Shown here: piece after piece, positions 28,206-37,645 of the stretch
Position numbering within the stretch: position 1 is the stretch's first letter
Layout of the letters: the number at the start of each line of letters is the position of its first letter
Assembly (NCBI GenBank): GCA_015493635.1
Contig: WGCU01000026.1
Location: forward strand, 7,718-71,717
Direction: 5' to 3'
Origin: Spirochaetaceae bacterium
GTDB taxonomy: Bacteria > Spirochaetota > Spirochaetia > B11-G9
Length of the DNA stretch: 64,000 nt
The notes under the pieces: generated by a model
Told to the model about the DNA's origin: nothing
What the model saw: the letters and a program-made list of their open reading frames with translations, nothing else
Database searches by the model: none
Position numbers and translations under genes: made by a program

Positions 28206-28868
28206 TTATAATTCATGATCTTCAAGAAAGCTGTAATATTCATTTCCGGTGAATATGATGTGATCCAGCAGTGGTACTCCAAGAATTTCACCGGCTTTTT
28301 TAATTCTGGATGTGATGGATGAATCTTCTGTTGAAGGGGCAAGATTCCCTGAAGGGTGATTGTGGGCAATGATTATTGCAGCTGCTCTGTCTTTTAAAGG
28401 GTCCGAAAAAATCTCCCGCGGATGAACGAGGGTTCTGTTAACGAGTCCTATTGATACAACCCGGATGTATTTAACTTCGTGTGCGCCGTTAAGAGAAAGG
28501 CAGATAAAATGTTCCTGTTCTCTATCTCCGTAATGACGGATCAGGGGAAGAATATCTTTTGGAGATGTTATTTTATTCCGTTTTGGGCAGAGTACCCTCC
28601 GTGTCAGCTCAAAAGAGGCCGCTATAAGGGCTGTTTTTGCAATCCCCAGACCTGATATGGTTAGAAGTTTTTCCGGTATCATACCATAGATATCAAGATC
28701 AATAATATTCAGCAGCTCTTCTGCCAGAGAGAAAACATTCTTTCCTTTTATTCCTGTGCCGAGCATAATGGAAAGGAGTTCTTTATCAGAAAGGGTCTGT
28801 GCTCCGTATTTTATGAGCTTTTCTCTCGGCATTTTTGATGCAATTGTTTGTTTCTTGTCATGCTTCAT
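28206..28868 (-). CDS. radC: RadC/UPF0758 JAB-domain protein
   Basis: PREKL..LSDKELL, HhH GLGIAK, VHPREIF, AHNHPSGN...S.ED, LLDHII. Confidence 0.92.
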   Translation of the reverse strand: MKHDKKQTIASKMPREKLIKYGAQTLSDKELLSIMLGTGIKGKNVFSLAEELLNIIDLDIYGMIPEKLLTISGLGIAKTALIAASFELTRRVLCPKRNKITSPKDILPLIRHYGDREQEHFICLSLNGAHEVKYIRVVSIGLVNRTLVHPREIFSDPLKDRAAAIIIAHNHPSGNLAPSTEDSSITSRIKKAGEILGVPLLDHIIFTGNEYYSFLEDHEL

Positions 28869-28902
28869 ACCCTTTATGACAATGGAAATGTACCTGGTGC
28901 TT

Positions 28903-28950
28903 GAAATAAATAAACGCTGCAACCGCATCAATAGCAGTAAGCAGCGTTTA
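28903..28950 (-). terminator. Probable intrinsic terminator of the histone gene
   Basis: TAAACGCTGC(28911-20)/GCAGCGTTTA(28941-50) inverted repeat, followed by a U-rich tail on the minus strand. Confidence 0.65.
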
Positions 28951-28985
28951 AAACAATAAATAATAGGTTATAACAGAACTTATTG

Positions 28986-29171
28986 TTAGATATCCCGTTC
29001 CTGAACAGTTTTTCTTTTTTCTTTCTTGGCTTTTTCTATTGCTTCATCGCAAATTTCTCTAATTTTGTCTGATAGTGCATCAATTACTTTTGCAGAGCAT
29101 TTGAGATCTCCAGCTTCTTTAATATAATTCTTTACTTTTGAAGCTACAACGAGGGTTTCTTTTTCTGCCAT
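28986..29171 (-). CDS. Bacterial histone-fold protein (Bd0055/HBb-like), 61 aa
   Basis: MAEKETLVVASKVKNYIKEAGDLKCSAKVIDALSDKIREICDEAIEKAKKEKRKTVQERDI. LVVxSKVK N-terminus, RKTVxxRD histone-fold signature, AGGAG RBS at 29179-83. Confidence 0.88.
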   Translation of the reverse strand: MAEKETLVVASKVKNYIKEAGDLKCSAKVIDALSDKIREICDEAIEKAKKEKRKTVQERDI

Positions 29172-29241
29172 ATACAAACTCCTAATTAAACATTTTTTAC
29201 TGCGAGAAGTACAAAAATACATTCTAAACGCAGTTGCCCTC

Positions 29242-29269
29242 ATTCTATCAGGTTTTTTACAGGAATCAA
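29242..29269 (-). promoter_or_regulatory. Putative sigma70 promoter of the histone gene
   Basis: TTGATT-16 nt-TAGAAT with extended -10 TG. Confidence 0.45.
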
Positions 29270-29356
29270 TCCATTATGGACTATTTTTTATCTTTTTATT
29301 GTGATATTGAAGAAAATCATCTTTCAGTTTGTCTTATTAAGGAAAAGAGATGTCTT

Positions 29357-30265
29357 ATGTCTATAATTGTTGTACTGTTAATTATCCTCTCAGCTCTCTT
29401 TCATGTGTCATGGAATACCCTTGGAAAGAGTAGAACCCCGTCTATTGCCTTTTTTACAGGCACTGCTCTCTTTGCCTCTATTATTTTTATACCTGTCTTT
29501 GTGTATATTATGCCTCCTCCTGTACTTCCTCTGAAAGCCTGGTTCTTTTTTATCCCTGCAGGAATTTTCCAGTCAATTTATTATTTTGGATTGAGTGGTG
29601 GATACAAAAATGGTGATATGTCCTATGTTTATCCGCTTGCTAGGGCTCTCCCTGTGCTTTTTATTCCTGTTATTAGTATTATGCTCCATGTGGGGTCAGG
29701 TATAGCTATTTCTGCCTTTATAGGTATGTTTCTCGTGTTTTCCGGTTGTTTACTCCTGCCGTTGGATAGAAAAGGGCAGTTTCATCTAAAGAATTATTTT
29801 ACAAAGGCAACTTCGTTTTCATTTCTTGCCGCCCTGGGTACAACTGGCTATACTTTTGTGGACAGTGAGGGGATGAAATATCTTTCCGGGGTCTTCAATG
29901 GCCGGGGTTATCATCACCTGTATCTTGCTCCGGTGGTGTATATTGCGTACGAAATGTTGATATCGTTCTGTGCAAGCTTTTTGTACGTTCTCCTGAACAA
30001 AAATGAGAGAAAGAATTTTGTAATGATTCTTCAAAAATCCAAATTTACAACATCTCTGGCTGGATTATTTATCCTTGTTGCCTATGGAATCATTCTTATG
30101 GTTTATCCCCTTGTTACCAATGTAAGTTTTGTTACAGCTTTCAGGCAGATCAGCATACCAGTCGGGGCTTTGACTGGTATATTTATTCTCAAGGAAAAGA
30201 TGAATATTGGTAAAATTGCAGGATCGTTCATCATCTTTTTGGGCCTTGTGCTTGTGTATATGTAA
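29357..30265 (+). CDS. EamA/DMT-family transporter
   Basis: LSALFHVSWN, GDMSYVYPLAR, AFRQISI..LKEK. Start likely ATG 29357. Confidence 0.85.
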   Translation: MSIIVVLLIILSALFHVSWNTLGKSRTPSIAFFTGTALFASIIFIPVFVYIMPPPVLPLKAWFFFIPAGIFQSIYYFGLSGGYKNGDMSYVYPLARALPVLFIPVISIMLHVGSGIAISAFIGMFLVFSGCLLLPLDRKGQFHLKNYFTKATSFSFLAALGTTGYTFVDSEGMKYLSGVFNGRGYHHLYLAPVVYIAYEMLISFCASFLYVLLNKNERKNFVMILQKSKFTTSLAGLFILVAYGIILMVYPLVTNVSFVTAFRQISIPVGALTGIFILKEKMNIGKIAGSFIIFLGLVLVYM

Positions 30266-30266
30266 C

Positions 30267-30307
30267 AAAAAAAGACCGAAACCACAAGAAGTGATTTCGA
30301 TCTTTTT
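30267..30307. terminator. Bidirectional terminator between the DMT gene and tRNA-fMet
   Basis: A7-GACCGAAACCAC...GTGATTTCGATC-T5 imperfect stem flanked by A and T tracts. Confidence 0.65.
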
Positions 30308-30309
30308 AA

Positions 30310-30382
30310 TAGCAGGGGAAGGACTCGAACCTCCGACCTCCGGGTTATGAGCCCGACGAGCTGCCAACTGCTCTACCCTGCG
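30310..30382 (-). tRNA. tRNA-fMet (initiator, CAT)
   Basis: Cloverleaf with C1:U72 mismatch, three G-C pairs closing the anticodon stem, GTTCGAG T-loop, CCA not encoded. Promoter TTGACT-17-TATCTT at 30394-30422. Confidence 0.95.
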
Positions 30383-30446
30383 ACGATGGGTAGAAGATAT
30401 AGAAAAAAAACTCTTTAGTCAAGTACACCGGGTTAACTTTGTAAAA

Positions 30447-31115
30447 TCAGCTTCTGCCGAAATACCGGTCGTCTTTCAAGGCCTTTTTATAGAGCTTCAT
30501 GACAATAATACCGGCAATAATAAGCAGCGGAACTACCACCAGTGAAAGTGTTCCCCCGTAAAACAGGAAAAAATCATAAAGACCGTGTATTGCCACGGCA
30601 CTGATAAAGCCAATTTCAAGGTATCCTTTCCCCTCAAATTTGGATTTTCCGATAAAATAGCCCATAATACCTGAAGCGGAAGCATGGAGGGGAACAGCGG
30701 AAAGTCCCCTGATAAGGAGGACCGTTATCGAGCCGAAGCTGTAAAACAGATTTTCGAAGAACGCAAATCCCAAACTGACGGTTATTGTATAGAGTATTCC
30801 GTCAGTAACTTCATCAAATTCGGTTTTGTTAAAAATAAAAAGCTTGATAACGGTTAATTTTATTCCTTCTTCAACAACTGCGGCAATGATAAAGGCCTTA
30901 TACAAAGCCGAAGCAAGATGTGAGTTCCCGATAAGAAAGGGAGAGATAAATATTTCTATGAGGGCCGCAGGGAGAACAGATATAAAACCTAAAAGGAAGG
31001 TCTTAAGAATAAGCGATGGCGGTTCCTTTTTCTGATTATCCTTACGGTAAAAAAAAACGACAAGCAGCAGGGAAGGAATAAACGCAAGGAGTATGTTTAT
31101 AACAAGCAGATACAT
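30447..31115 (-). CDS. prsW: PrsW-family intramembrane glutamic protease
   Basis: KEP, AAVVEEGIK, GFAFFEN, VPLHAS, IHGLYD. Confidence 0.88.
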   Translation of the reverse strand: MYLLVINILLAFIPSLLLVVFFYRKDNQKKEPPSLILKTFLLGFISVLPAALIEIFISPFLIGNSHLASALYKAFIIAAVVEEGIKLTVIKLFIFNKTEFDEVTDGILYTITVSLGFAFFENLFYSFGSITVLLIRGLSAVPLHASASGIMGYFIGKSKFEGKGYLEIGFISAVAIHGLYDFFLFYGGTLSLVVVPLLIIAGIIVMKLYKKALKDDRYFGRS

Positions 31116-31346
31116 TTACCGGGAAGCCTTCTTTTCCTGTTCCTTTTTCATAAAATAGGCATGATCTTCACGTACATCTTTAATAATATCTTTCAGTTTC
31201 CATTCCAGATTGGTAGGAGTTGAAACGGAAAAAGCAATTTCGGATGGATCTTCAACCGATGCTTTTACTGCTTTCATAATTTCAAAAACTTTTTCACGCT
31301 CAAATCCATGGATAACAATTACTTTCCCGTCAGCGTCTTCTGCCAT
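31116..31346 (-). CDS. DUF3783-like small protein
   Basis: IHGF..MKAVK..FSVSTPTNLEWKL....V.EDH pattern. Confidence 0.7.
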   Translation of the reverse strand: MAEDADGKVIVIHGFEREKVFEIMKAVKASVEDPSEIAFSVSTPTNLEWKLKDIIKDVREDHAYFMKKEQEKKASR

Positions 31347-31442
31347 GAGGTACCTCGATTACAAACTATTTGACCCTTAACAAAGTCATGAGTATCTTTA
31401 GTATAAATCAATTAAAAAAAATAAACAATTGAGGTGCTTACA

Positions 31443-34034
31443 ATGAGATATGATAAAATGACAGTGAAAGTGCAGGATGCCCTGCAGGATGCAAGTTCCA
31501 TTGCGCATAAGTACAGTCATAACAGCATTGATGTGGAGCATATGCTGTCCGCGTTGCTCAATCAGCAGGATGGAGTTGTTTCTCCGCTTCTTGACCGGCT
31601 GGGTGTTAATAAAGACAAGGTGAATACGGTACTTAATGGGCTGCTGGAAGCGAAACCCCGTGTTTATGGTGATGCAGTGCAGGCGGGGCTTTCTCCCCAG
31701 CTTAATAATCTTCTTCATGATGCGGAGGCAGAAGCCCAGAAACTGAAAGATGAGTATTTAAGCGCGGAACATATTTTTCTTGCGGCTCTGTCTAAAGACA
31801 ATGAGCTTTCCAGAGCCCTCAGGAATGAGGGAATAACACGAGATGGAGTTCTTAAAGCTCTTCAGTCCATACGCGGGAACCAGCGGGTAACCGATCAGAA
31901 TCCGGAGGAACGGTACCAGGTTCTTGACAAGTACTGCAAAGATCTTACAGCCCTGGCCAGAAGAGATAAGCTGGACCCTGTTATAGGAAGGGATGAGGAA
32001 ATACGGCGGGTTATGCAGGTATTATCCCGGAGAACAAAGAATAATCCAGTTCTTATCGGTGAACCGGGCGTTGGGAAAACAGCAATAGCCGAAGGGCTGG
32101 CCCGAAGGATTATTTCCGGGGATGTCCCTGACTCTCTGAAAGACAAACGGCTTCTGTCGCTTGATCTCGGTGCTCTTATTGCGGGAGCCAAGTTCAGGGG
32201 GGAGTTTGAAGACCGTCTTAAAGCTGTTATCCATGAAATAACAGAATCTGACGGTGAAATAATACTCTTTATTGACGAGCTGCATACGCTTATAGGCGCT
32301 GGTGCTGCTGAAGGGTCTACCGATGCTTCCAATCTTCTGAAACCGGCCCTCGCACGGGGAGAACTGCGTGCTATAGGAGCTACAACCCTTGATGAATACC
32401 GAAAACACATAGAAAAAGATGCCGCCCTGGAGCGGCGCTTTCAGCCTGTGTATACAAAAGAGCCCTCTGTTGAAGATACCATCGCCATCCTGAGAGGGAT
32501 TAAAGACCGTTATGAAGTGCATCATGGTGTACGTATTAAGGATGACGCATTGATAGCTGCCGCAACACTATCTGACCGCTATATAACATCCCGTTTTCTG
32601 CCGGACAAAGCCATAGACCTTGTGGATGAAGCGGCAAGTCAGCTGAAGATGGAAATTGAGAGTCAGCCTGTTGAACTTGATAAGATTGAACGGCGGATAC
32701 TGCAGCTGGATATTGAACGCCACGCTCTTTCCAAGGAGAAAGACGAAGCATCCATTGAACGGCTTCACAAAATTGAGCAGGAACTTGCCAATCTTAAAAC
32801 AAGCCGGGATACCATGAAGCTTCAGTGGAAAAATGAGAAAACCATCATTGACGAGATCAGAAAACTTAATTCAGAACTTGAGCAGATGAAAACCCTGGAG
32901 GTTAAATATGAACGTGAGGGGAATTTAACAAAAGCTGCGGAAATCAAACATGGAAGTGTACCCCAGATACATGCAAAGATAGATGAACTCTCAAAACAGC
33001 TTGAAAAGATCCAGACCGACTCCCAGCTGCTGCGGGAAGAGGTTTCCGAAGAGGATATTGCACGTATTGTTTCCACATGGACAGGAATCCCTGTTTCCAA
33101 AATGCTCTCTTCCGAAATGGCAAAGCTCCTTTCCCTTGAAGATACCCTTGGTAAACGGGTGGTGGGACAGGAAAAGGCGATTATTGCTGTTTCAGATGCA
33201 ATTAGAAGAAACAAGACGGGGCTTTCTGATGAAGCAAGACCTCTCGGATCGTTTATTTTCCTGGGGCCTACAGGTGTTGGAAAAACCGAGCTTGCAAAAA
33301 CCCTGGCGGATTATCTGTTTAATGATGAAAAGGCTCTTACCCGGATTGATATGAGTGAGTACATGGAAAAACATTCGGTTTCTCGTCTTATTGGAGCGCC
33401 TCCGGGATATGTAGGCTACGATCAGGGGGGGCAGCTCACCGAAGCGGTAAGGCGCAGGCCCTATTCAGTTATCCTTTTTGATGAAATAGAGAAGGCTCAT
33501 CCTGATGTATTTAATGTACTGCTGCAGCTGCTTGATGACGGCCGGCTTACGGACGGGCAGGGCAGGGTTGTCAATTTCCGGAATGCAATCATTATTCTTA
33601 CGAGCAATGTCGGCAGTGATCTGCTCCTGACAACGGAGAATGTGGACGACGTCAGGGATCAGATTATGGACCGGATGAAAAAATTGTTCAAACCTGAGTT
33701 TCTGAACCGGGTTGATGAGATTATATTCTTTAAGCGGCTTGAAAAGGACCAGATCCTGAAGATTGTGGATATCCAGCTGCGGCGTTTAACAGAGCGGCTT
33801 GAAGAAAAGAAAATTAACATCCATGTTGATGATAAAGCTCGTGAGTACCTTGCCAAAACAGGATTTGATCCCCTTTTTGGTGCCCGGCCGGTAAAGAGAA
33901 CCATACAGAATCTTATTCAGAACCCTCTTGCAAAACTGCTGCTTAAAGGAGATATACAGGAAGGGGGTACTGTTGTAGTGTCAAGTAACGGAAAAGAGAT
34001 AACCTTTTCCGGGACGCAAGCAGCCTCCTCCTAG
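31443..34034 (+). CDS. clpB: ATP-dependent chaperone ClpB
   Basis: Two AAA+ modules ([16 protein letters not shown]), coiled-coil M domain, [18 protein letters not shown]; promoter TTGACC-17-TATCTT at 31370-98. Confidence 0.96.
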   Translation: MRYDKMTVKVQDALQDASSIAHKYSHNSIDVEHMLSALLNQQDGVVSPLLDRLGVNKDKVNTVLNGLLEAKPRVYGDAVQAGLSPQLNNLLHDAEAEAQKLKDEYLSAEHIFLAALSKDNELSRALRNEGITRDGVLKALQSIRGNQRVTDQNPEERYQVLDKYCKDLTALARRDKLDPVIGRDEEIRRVMQVLSRRTKNNPVLIGEPGVGKTAIAEGLARRIISGDVPDSLKDKRLLSLDLGALIAGAKFRGEFEDRLKAVIHEITESDGEIILFIDELHTLIGAGAAEGSTDASNLLKPALARGELRAIGATTLDEYRKHIEKDAALERRFQPVYTKEPSVEDTIAILRGIKDRYEVHHGVRIKDDALIAAATLSDRYITSRFLPDKAIDLVDEAASQLKMEIESQPVELDKIERRILQLDIERHALSKEKDEASIERLHKIEQELANLKTSRDTMKLQWKNEKTIIDEIRKLNSELEQMKTLEVKYEREGNLTKAAEIKHGSVPQIHAKIDELSKQLEKIQTDSQLLREEVSEEDIARIVSTWTGIPVSKMLSSEMAKLLSLEDTLGKRVVGQEKAIIAVSDAIRRNKTGLSDEARPLGSFIFLGPTGVGKTELAKTLADYLFNDEKALTRIDMSEYMEKHSVSRLIGAPPGYVGYDQGGQLTEAVRRRPYSVILFDEIEKAHPDVFNVLLQLLDDGRLTDGQGRVVNFRNAIIILTSNVGSDLLLTTENVDDVRDQIMDRMKKLFKPEFLNRVDEIIFFKRLEKDQILKIVDIQLRRLTERLEEKKINIHVDDKAREYLAKTGFDPLFGARPVKRTIQNLIQNPLAKLLLKGDIQEGGTVVVSSNGKEITFSGTQAASS

Positions 34035-34045
34035 GGGGGCTGCTT
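34018..34045 (+). terminator. Stem-loop at the clpB 3' end
   Basis: AAGCAGCCTCC/GGGGGCTGCTT. Confidence 0.55.
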
Positions 34046-34123
34046 ATGGGTAAAACTTTTTATTGTACATTTTCGGAAAACTGTATATACTAACCGTAAT
34101 ATTCTAATAAAAAGGGAGATAGT

Positions 34124-35125
34124 ATGAAAAAGGTTTTTGTTGTTTTGTTAGTGACAGCGTTGATTATTCCCAGCCTTTTTGCGAATGGGCAAAAGGAATC
34201 AGGGACTACAACACCTAAAGTTCAAAAAATGATTATCGGGATCGTTACAGTACCAGGCTCCGCCCAGTATGTGGCTGCGGAGAAATTCAAGGAACTGGTT
34301 GAAAAAAGGTCGAATGGACGGTATCAGTTTGATATTAAGCACAGTGCTTCCCTGGGAAGTGAAAGCAGTATAATTCAGCAGGTGCAGATGGGGACTGTCG
34401 ATGTTGCTATAATTACGACAGGACCGGTTGGTAATATCAGTAAACTTGCAAATGCGCTGTCTCTTCCTTTTCTCTTCAAGAGCTATGCACAGGCTGATAA
34501 AGTACTTGACGGTCCTTTAGGCCAGGAGATTCTTGATTCTCTTGCTGCCTCAGGGATCAAAGGTCTTGCTTTTAGTGAAAATGGTTTTAGAAACCTGACA
34601 AATAATGTCAGACCGGTACATACAGTTGCCGATGTTGCAGGGTTAAAGATACGAACGATGGAAGCTCCTCTCCAAGTCAAGATTTGGAGAATGCTGGGAG
34701 CGAATCCAACTCCTATGGCATGGCCCATTAATACTGAACTCGCCCAGGGAACCATAGACGGACAGGAAAACCCGCTTTGGGTTATTGATAAGTATAAAAT
34801 TTATGAAGTTCAAAAATACATGTCTATGACACGTCATGTTTATTCATCCCATATTGACATGATGAATCTTGCTACCTTTAATAAATTAAGCAAAGCTGAT
34901 CAGAAAATGTTTGTTAGTTCCATGAGGGAAGCTGCTGCTTATCAAAGGAAAAAGAATAGAGAGTCAAATGAAGCACATATGGCTACCATTGTTGCAAAAG
35001 GGATGATAGTAGATAATACTCCGGACGTTAACAGCTTCAGAGCCAAGCTGAAGCCGATTTATGAAGAATCAAAGAAAGATATTGGCGCTGATTTTGTGAA
35101 CAGACTTCTGAATGCAGTAAAGTAG
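34124..35125 (+). CDS. dctP: TRAP transporter substrate-binding protein DctP
   Basis: Spirochetal LFANGQKE signal, ENGFRNLT, GLKIRT, GTIDGQENP. Confidence 0.92.
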   Translation: MKKVFVVLLVTALIIPSLFANGQKESGTTTPKVQKMIIGIVTVPGSAQYVAAEKFKELVEKRSNGRYQFDIKHSASLGSESSIIQQVQMGTVDVAIITTGPVGNISKLANALSLPFLFKSYAQADKVLDGPLGQEILDSLAASGIKGLAFSENGFRNLTNNVRPVHTVADVAGLKIRTMEAPLQVKIWRMLGANPTPMAWPINTELAQGTIDGQENPLWVIDKYKIYEVQKYMSMTRHVYSSHIDMMNLATFNKLSKADQKMFVSSMREAAAYQRKKNRESNEAHMATIVAKGMIVDNTPDVNSFRAKLKPIYEESKKDIGADFVNRLLNAVK

Positions 35126-35142
35126 TTCATTGTATTTTATGA

Positions 35143-35173
35143 AAGGGAGATGGTTGGTTTTACTGTCTCCCTT
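35143..35173 (+). other. Intergenic stem-loop after dctP (likely differential mRNA stability)
   Basis: AAGGGAGATGGT/ACTGTCTCCCTT. Confidence 0.55.
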
Positions 35174-35201
35174 GCCTTCCCCAGGTTAATAAGCAGGTAA
35201 T

Positions 35202-35705
35202 ATGAAAGCATTTATGGAATCTGTGAGTGACAGACTTAATAAAGGGGCTGAATATTTATTAATAGTTCTGATAGCCTCTATATCTATTCTGATTTTTGTT
35301 CAAGTGGTTTTTCGATATGGTTTTAATCATTCCATATACTGGTCGGAAGAGGTAGGTAGATATACACTCATCTGGATCACATTTATTGGAGCATCAGTCG
35401 GTTTTAAGAAAAAATCCCATGTCGGGGTCGATTTCTTATACAAAGCTTTTAATGAATTTACAAAAAATATTTTAACAGTAGTGTCGGACTGTGTTATTTT
35501 GATTCTTGCAATAATTCTAACGGTATATGGTATAAAGCTTGCCAGGTTTGTCCGGTTGCAGTCTTCCGCGGCACTTCTCATATCCATGTCAATTCCTTAT
35601 TCGGCAATTTGGGTCGGCGGTTTATTAACATTTTTTCACTCATTGAGTTTTGTAATTGAAGATACAGGAAGACTTGTGCATTATAAAAAGAACAGGAGTA
35701 AATAA
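35202..35705 (+). CDS. dctQ: TRAP transporter small permease DctQ
   Basis: QVVFRY, WSEEVGRY, HVGVD; four TMs. Confidence 0.9.
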   Translation: MKAFMESVSDRLNKGAEYLLIVLIASISILIFVQVVFRYGFNHSIYWSEEVGRYTLIWITFIGASVGFKKKSHVGVDFLYKAFNEFTKNILTVVSDCVILILAIILTVYGIKLARFVRLQSSAALLISMSIPYSAIWVGGLLTFFHSLSFVIEDTGRLVHYKKNRSK

Positions 35706-36976
35706 TGACAACCATCCTTCTTATATTTCTTGTCGTCTTGTTCTTGATAAATATTCCCCTCTCGGTAGCAATTGCGGGCTCTTCTATTGTTGCAATAGTA
35801 ATTTCTGGTAAATTTCCCCTTCTCATGGTTGTTCAAAGAATGGTGAATGCAGTTGATTCTTTTCCTCTCATGGCGGTTCCTCTCTTTATGCTTGCCGGTG
35901 CGCTGATGGATTCCGGAGGTATATCAAGAAGGATCGTTAATTTTGCGGATTCTCTTGTCGGATGGCTTTCAGGAGGTCTTGCTGCCGTTTCTGTTGTCGC
36001 AAGTATGTTTTTTGCCGGTATATCCGGATCAGCTGCTGCCGATACAGCTGCCGTTGGATCACTGCTTATTCCTTCCATGAAAGAAAAGGGCTATAAAAGT
36101 GAGTTTGCAGCTGCCGTCCAGGCAGCAGGTGGATCCATAGGAGTCATCATACCCCCCAGCATACCAATGATCATTTATGGATTTATAACAGGGACATCAA
36201 TCGTAAAATTGTTTGCCGGCGGAATTCTGGCTGGAGTTCTTATTGGAACATCCCTTATTATAGTTTCTGTAAGCATATCGAAAAAAAATAATTATGGCAG
36301 GGAAGTACAGTTTAGTTTGAGGAATGTCTGGAAAAGTTTTAAAGAAGCTTTCTGGGCGTTGGGAGCTACGGTTATTATTCTCGGCGGTATTCTCGGCGGT
36401 ATCTTTACGGCAACTGAAGCGGCAGCCGTTGCTGTTGTATACGGATTTATTGTTGGAAAATTCGTCTATAAGGAGCTGAAACTAAAAAAAATCCCGAAAC
36501 TCATGATGGAATCTGCCGTTCTTGCTTCCATAATTCTTTTTATCATTTCTTCAGCATCAATTTTTGGCTGGATTCTTACTATGGAGAATATTCCGCATCT
36601 TGTTGGCACCTATATTGTTAACGTCACAAATAACAGGATTCTGCTTCTTCTTCTAATAAATTTGATGCTTCTTGTAGCTGGTACCTTTTTGGAAACGACT
36701 GTTTCTCTCATCCTGCTTGTTCCTATTATTGTTCCTATTTTACCCCTTATCGGAATGGACCCGGTACAGATGGGAGTTGTTGTTGTAACAAATTTGGCAA
36801 TTGGAATGCTGACCCCTCCCCTTGGAATATGCCTTATTGTTTCCGCGGGAATTTCCAGGAACTCTATTGCAGAAGTAAGTAGAGCTGTGCTGCCATTTTT
36901 ATTAATGACTATCGTTGATTTACTTATTTTAACATTCTGGCCTCCCGTAACAACATTTCTTCCGGGATTATTGTAG
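35705..36976 (+). CDS. dctM: TRAP transporter large permease DctM
   Basis: SFPLMAVPLF, ISGSAAAD, IIPPSIP, TATEAA, TPPLG. Confidence 0.93.
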   Translation: MTTILLIFLVVLFLINIPLSVAIAGSSIVAIVISGKFPLLMVVQRMVNAVDSFPLMAVPLFMLAGALMDSGGISRRIVNFADSLVGWLSGGLAAVSVVASMFFAGISGSAAADTAAVGSLLIPSMKEKGYKSEFAAAVQAAGGSIGVIIPPSIPMIIYGFITGTSIVKLFAGGILAGVLIGTSLIIVSVSISKKNNYGREVQFSLRNVWKSFKEAFWALGATVIILGGILGGIFTATEAAAVAVVYGFIVGKFVYKELKLKKIPKLMMESAVLASIILFIISSASIFGWILTMENIPHLVGTYIVNVTNNRILLLLLINLMLLVAGTFLETTVSLILLVPIIVPILPLIGMDPVQMGVVVVTNLAIGMLTPPLGICLIVSAGISRNSIAEVSRAVLPFLLMTIVDLLILTFWPPVTTFLPGLL

Positions 36977-36992
36977 AAAAGTATTACCGTTA

Positions 36993-37565
36993 TTACGTAA
37001 CGGCTTTCCTGTAATCTTCTTTCGTATCAATATCTTCAAACGTTTCGGGAAGGTTCAGGGGAATGTCAAGAACCCTGTGGCGGGTAAACACATTCTTCAT
37101 TTCGGAATCCGCCGGTTCTGAGCGGATAGTGGGGATAACAGATTTGTTAAGGAGAACAGGATGTCCTCTTTTGTTATTGTAGAGGGGGCGTACTATTTCT
37201 ATTCCGGGGTTATCTTTCATGGTATTGAGAAGTAAATTGTACAGATCCGTATCAATCTCAGGCATGTCCCCCATGGTTATAAAGAAGTATTCGGTTTTTA
37301 TAAGGGTGACTCCCGTCTGAATGGAAGAGAACATCCCACGGTTGTATTCTGTGTTTCTGATGGGTATAATTTTTTTATTGTTTTTAAACATCCTCTCAAG
37401 CTCGGTCCCTCTGTAACCGGTGACAAGGATGATACGTGAACAGCAGCAAAGAGCATTTGTTACGGTTTCTTCCACTATAGTACCCGTTTTATACGGAAGA
37501 ACCAGTTTCCAGGTTCCCATGCGGGAAGATAATCCTGCCGCGGGAATCAAACAGTCAATATCCAT
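36993..37565 (-). CDS. MocA/MobA-like nucleotidyltransferase (NTP_transf_3)
   Basis: AAGLSSRMG..K, GMFSSIQ.G, GDMP, GHPVL, DIDT..DY. Start at ATG 37565. Confidence 0.85.
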   Translation of the reverse strand: MDIDCLIPAAGLSSRMGTWKLVLPYKTGTIVEETVTNALCCCSRIILVTGYRGTELERMFKNNKKIIPIRNTEYNRGMFSSIQTGVTLIKTEYFFITMGDMPEIDTDLYNLLLNTMKDNPGIEIVRPLYNNKRGHPVLLNKSVIPTIRSEPADSEMKNVFTRHRVLDIPLNLPETFEDIDTKEDYRKAVT

Positions 37566-37645
37566 GAATAAATAGTAGTAAAAAGAAAAGAAATGAGCAA
37601 GATACCAGGCGTAATAAAATTTTTCATCCTGTCGATACTTAAAAT

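Noticed and set aside
28206-28868. radC as a marker of a mobile element
   Set aside because: It is the full-length chromosomal type with the N-terminal HhH region, and no mobility genes flank it.
30065-30367. 100-aa ORF beginning MAARRAHNPEVGGSSPSPA
   Set aside because: It is a translation of the tRNA-fMet gene plus the antisense strand of the DMT gene.
31369-31388. CtsR- or CIRCE-like operator upstream of clpB
   Set aside because: Only one GGTCAAA-like half-site, which coincides with the -35 box. No CIRCE (TTAGCACTC-N9-GAGTGCTAA) is present.
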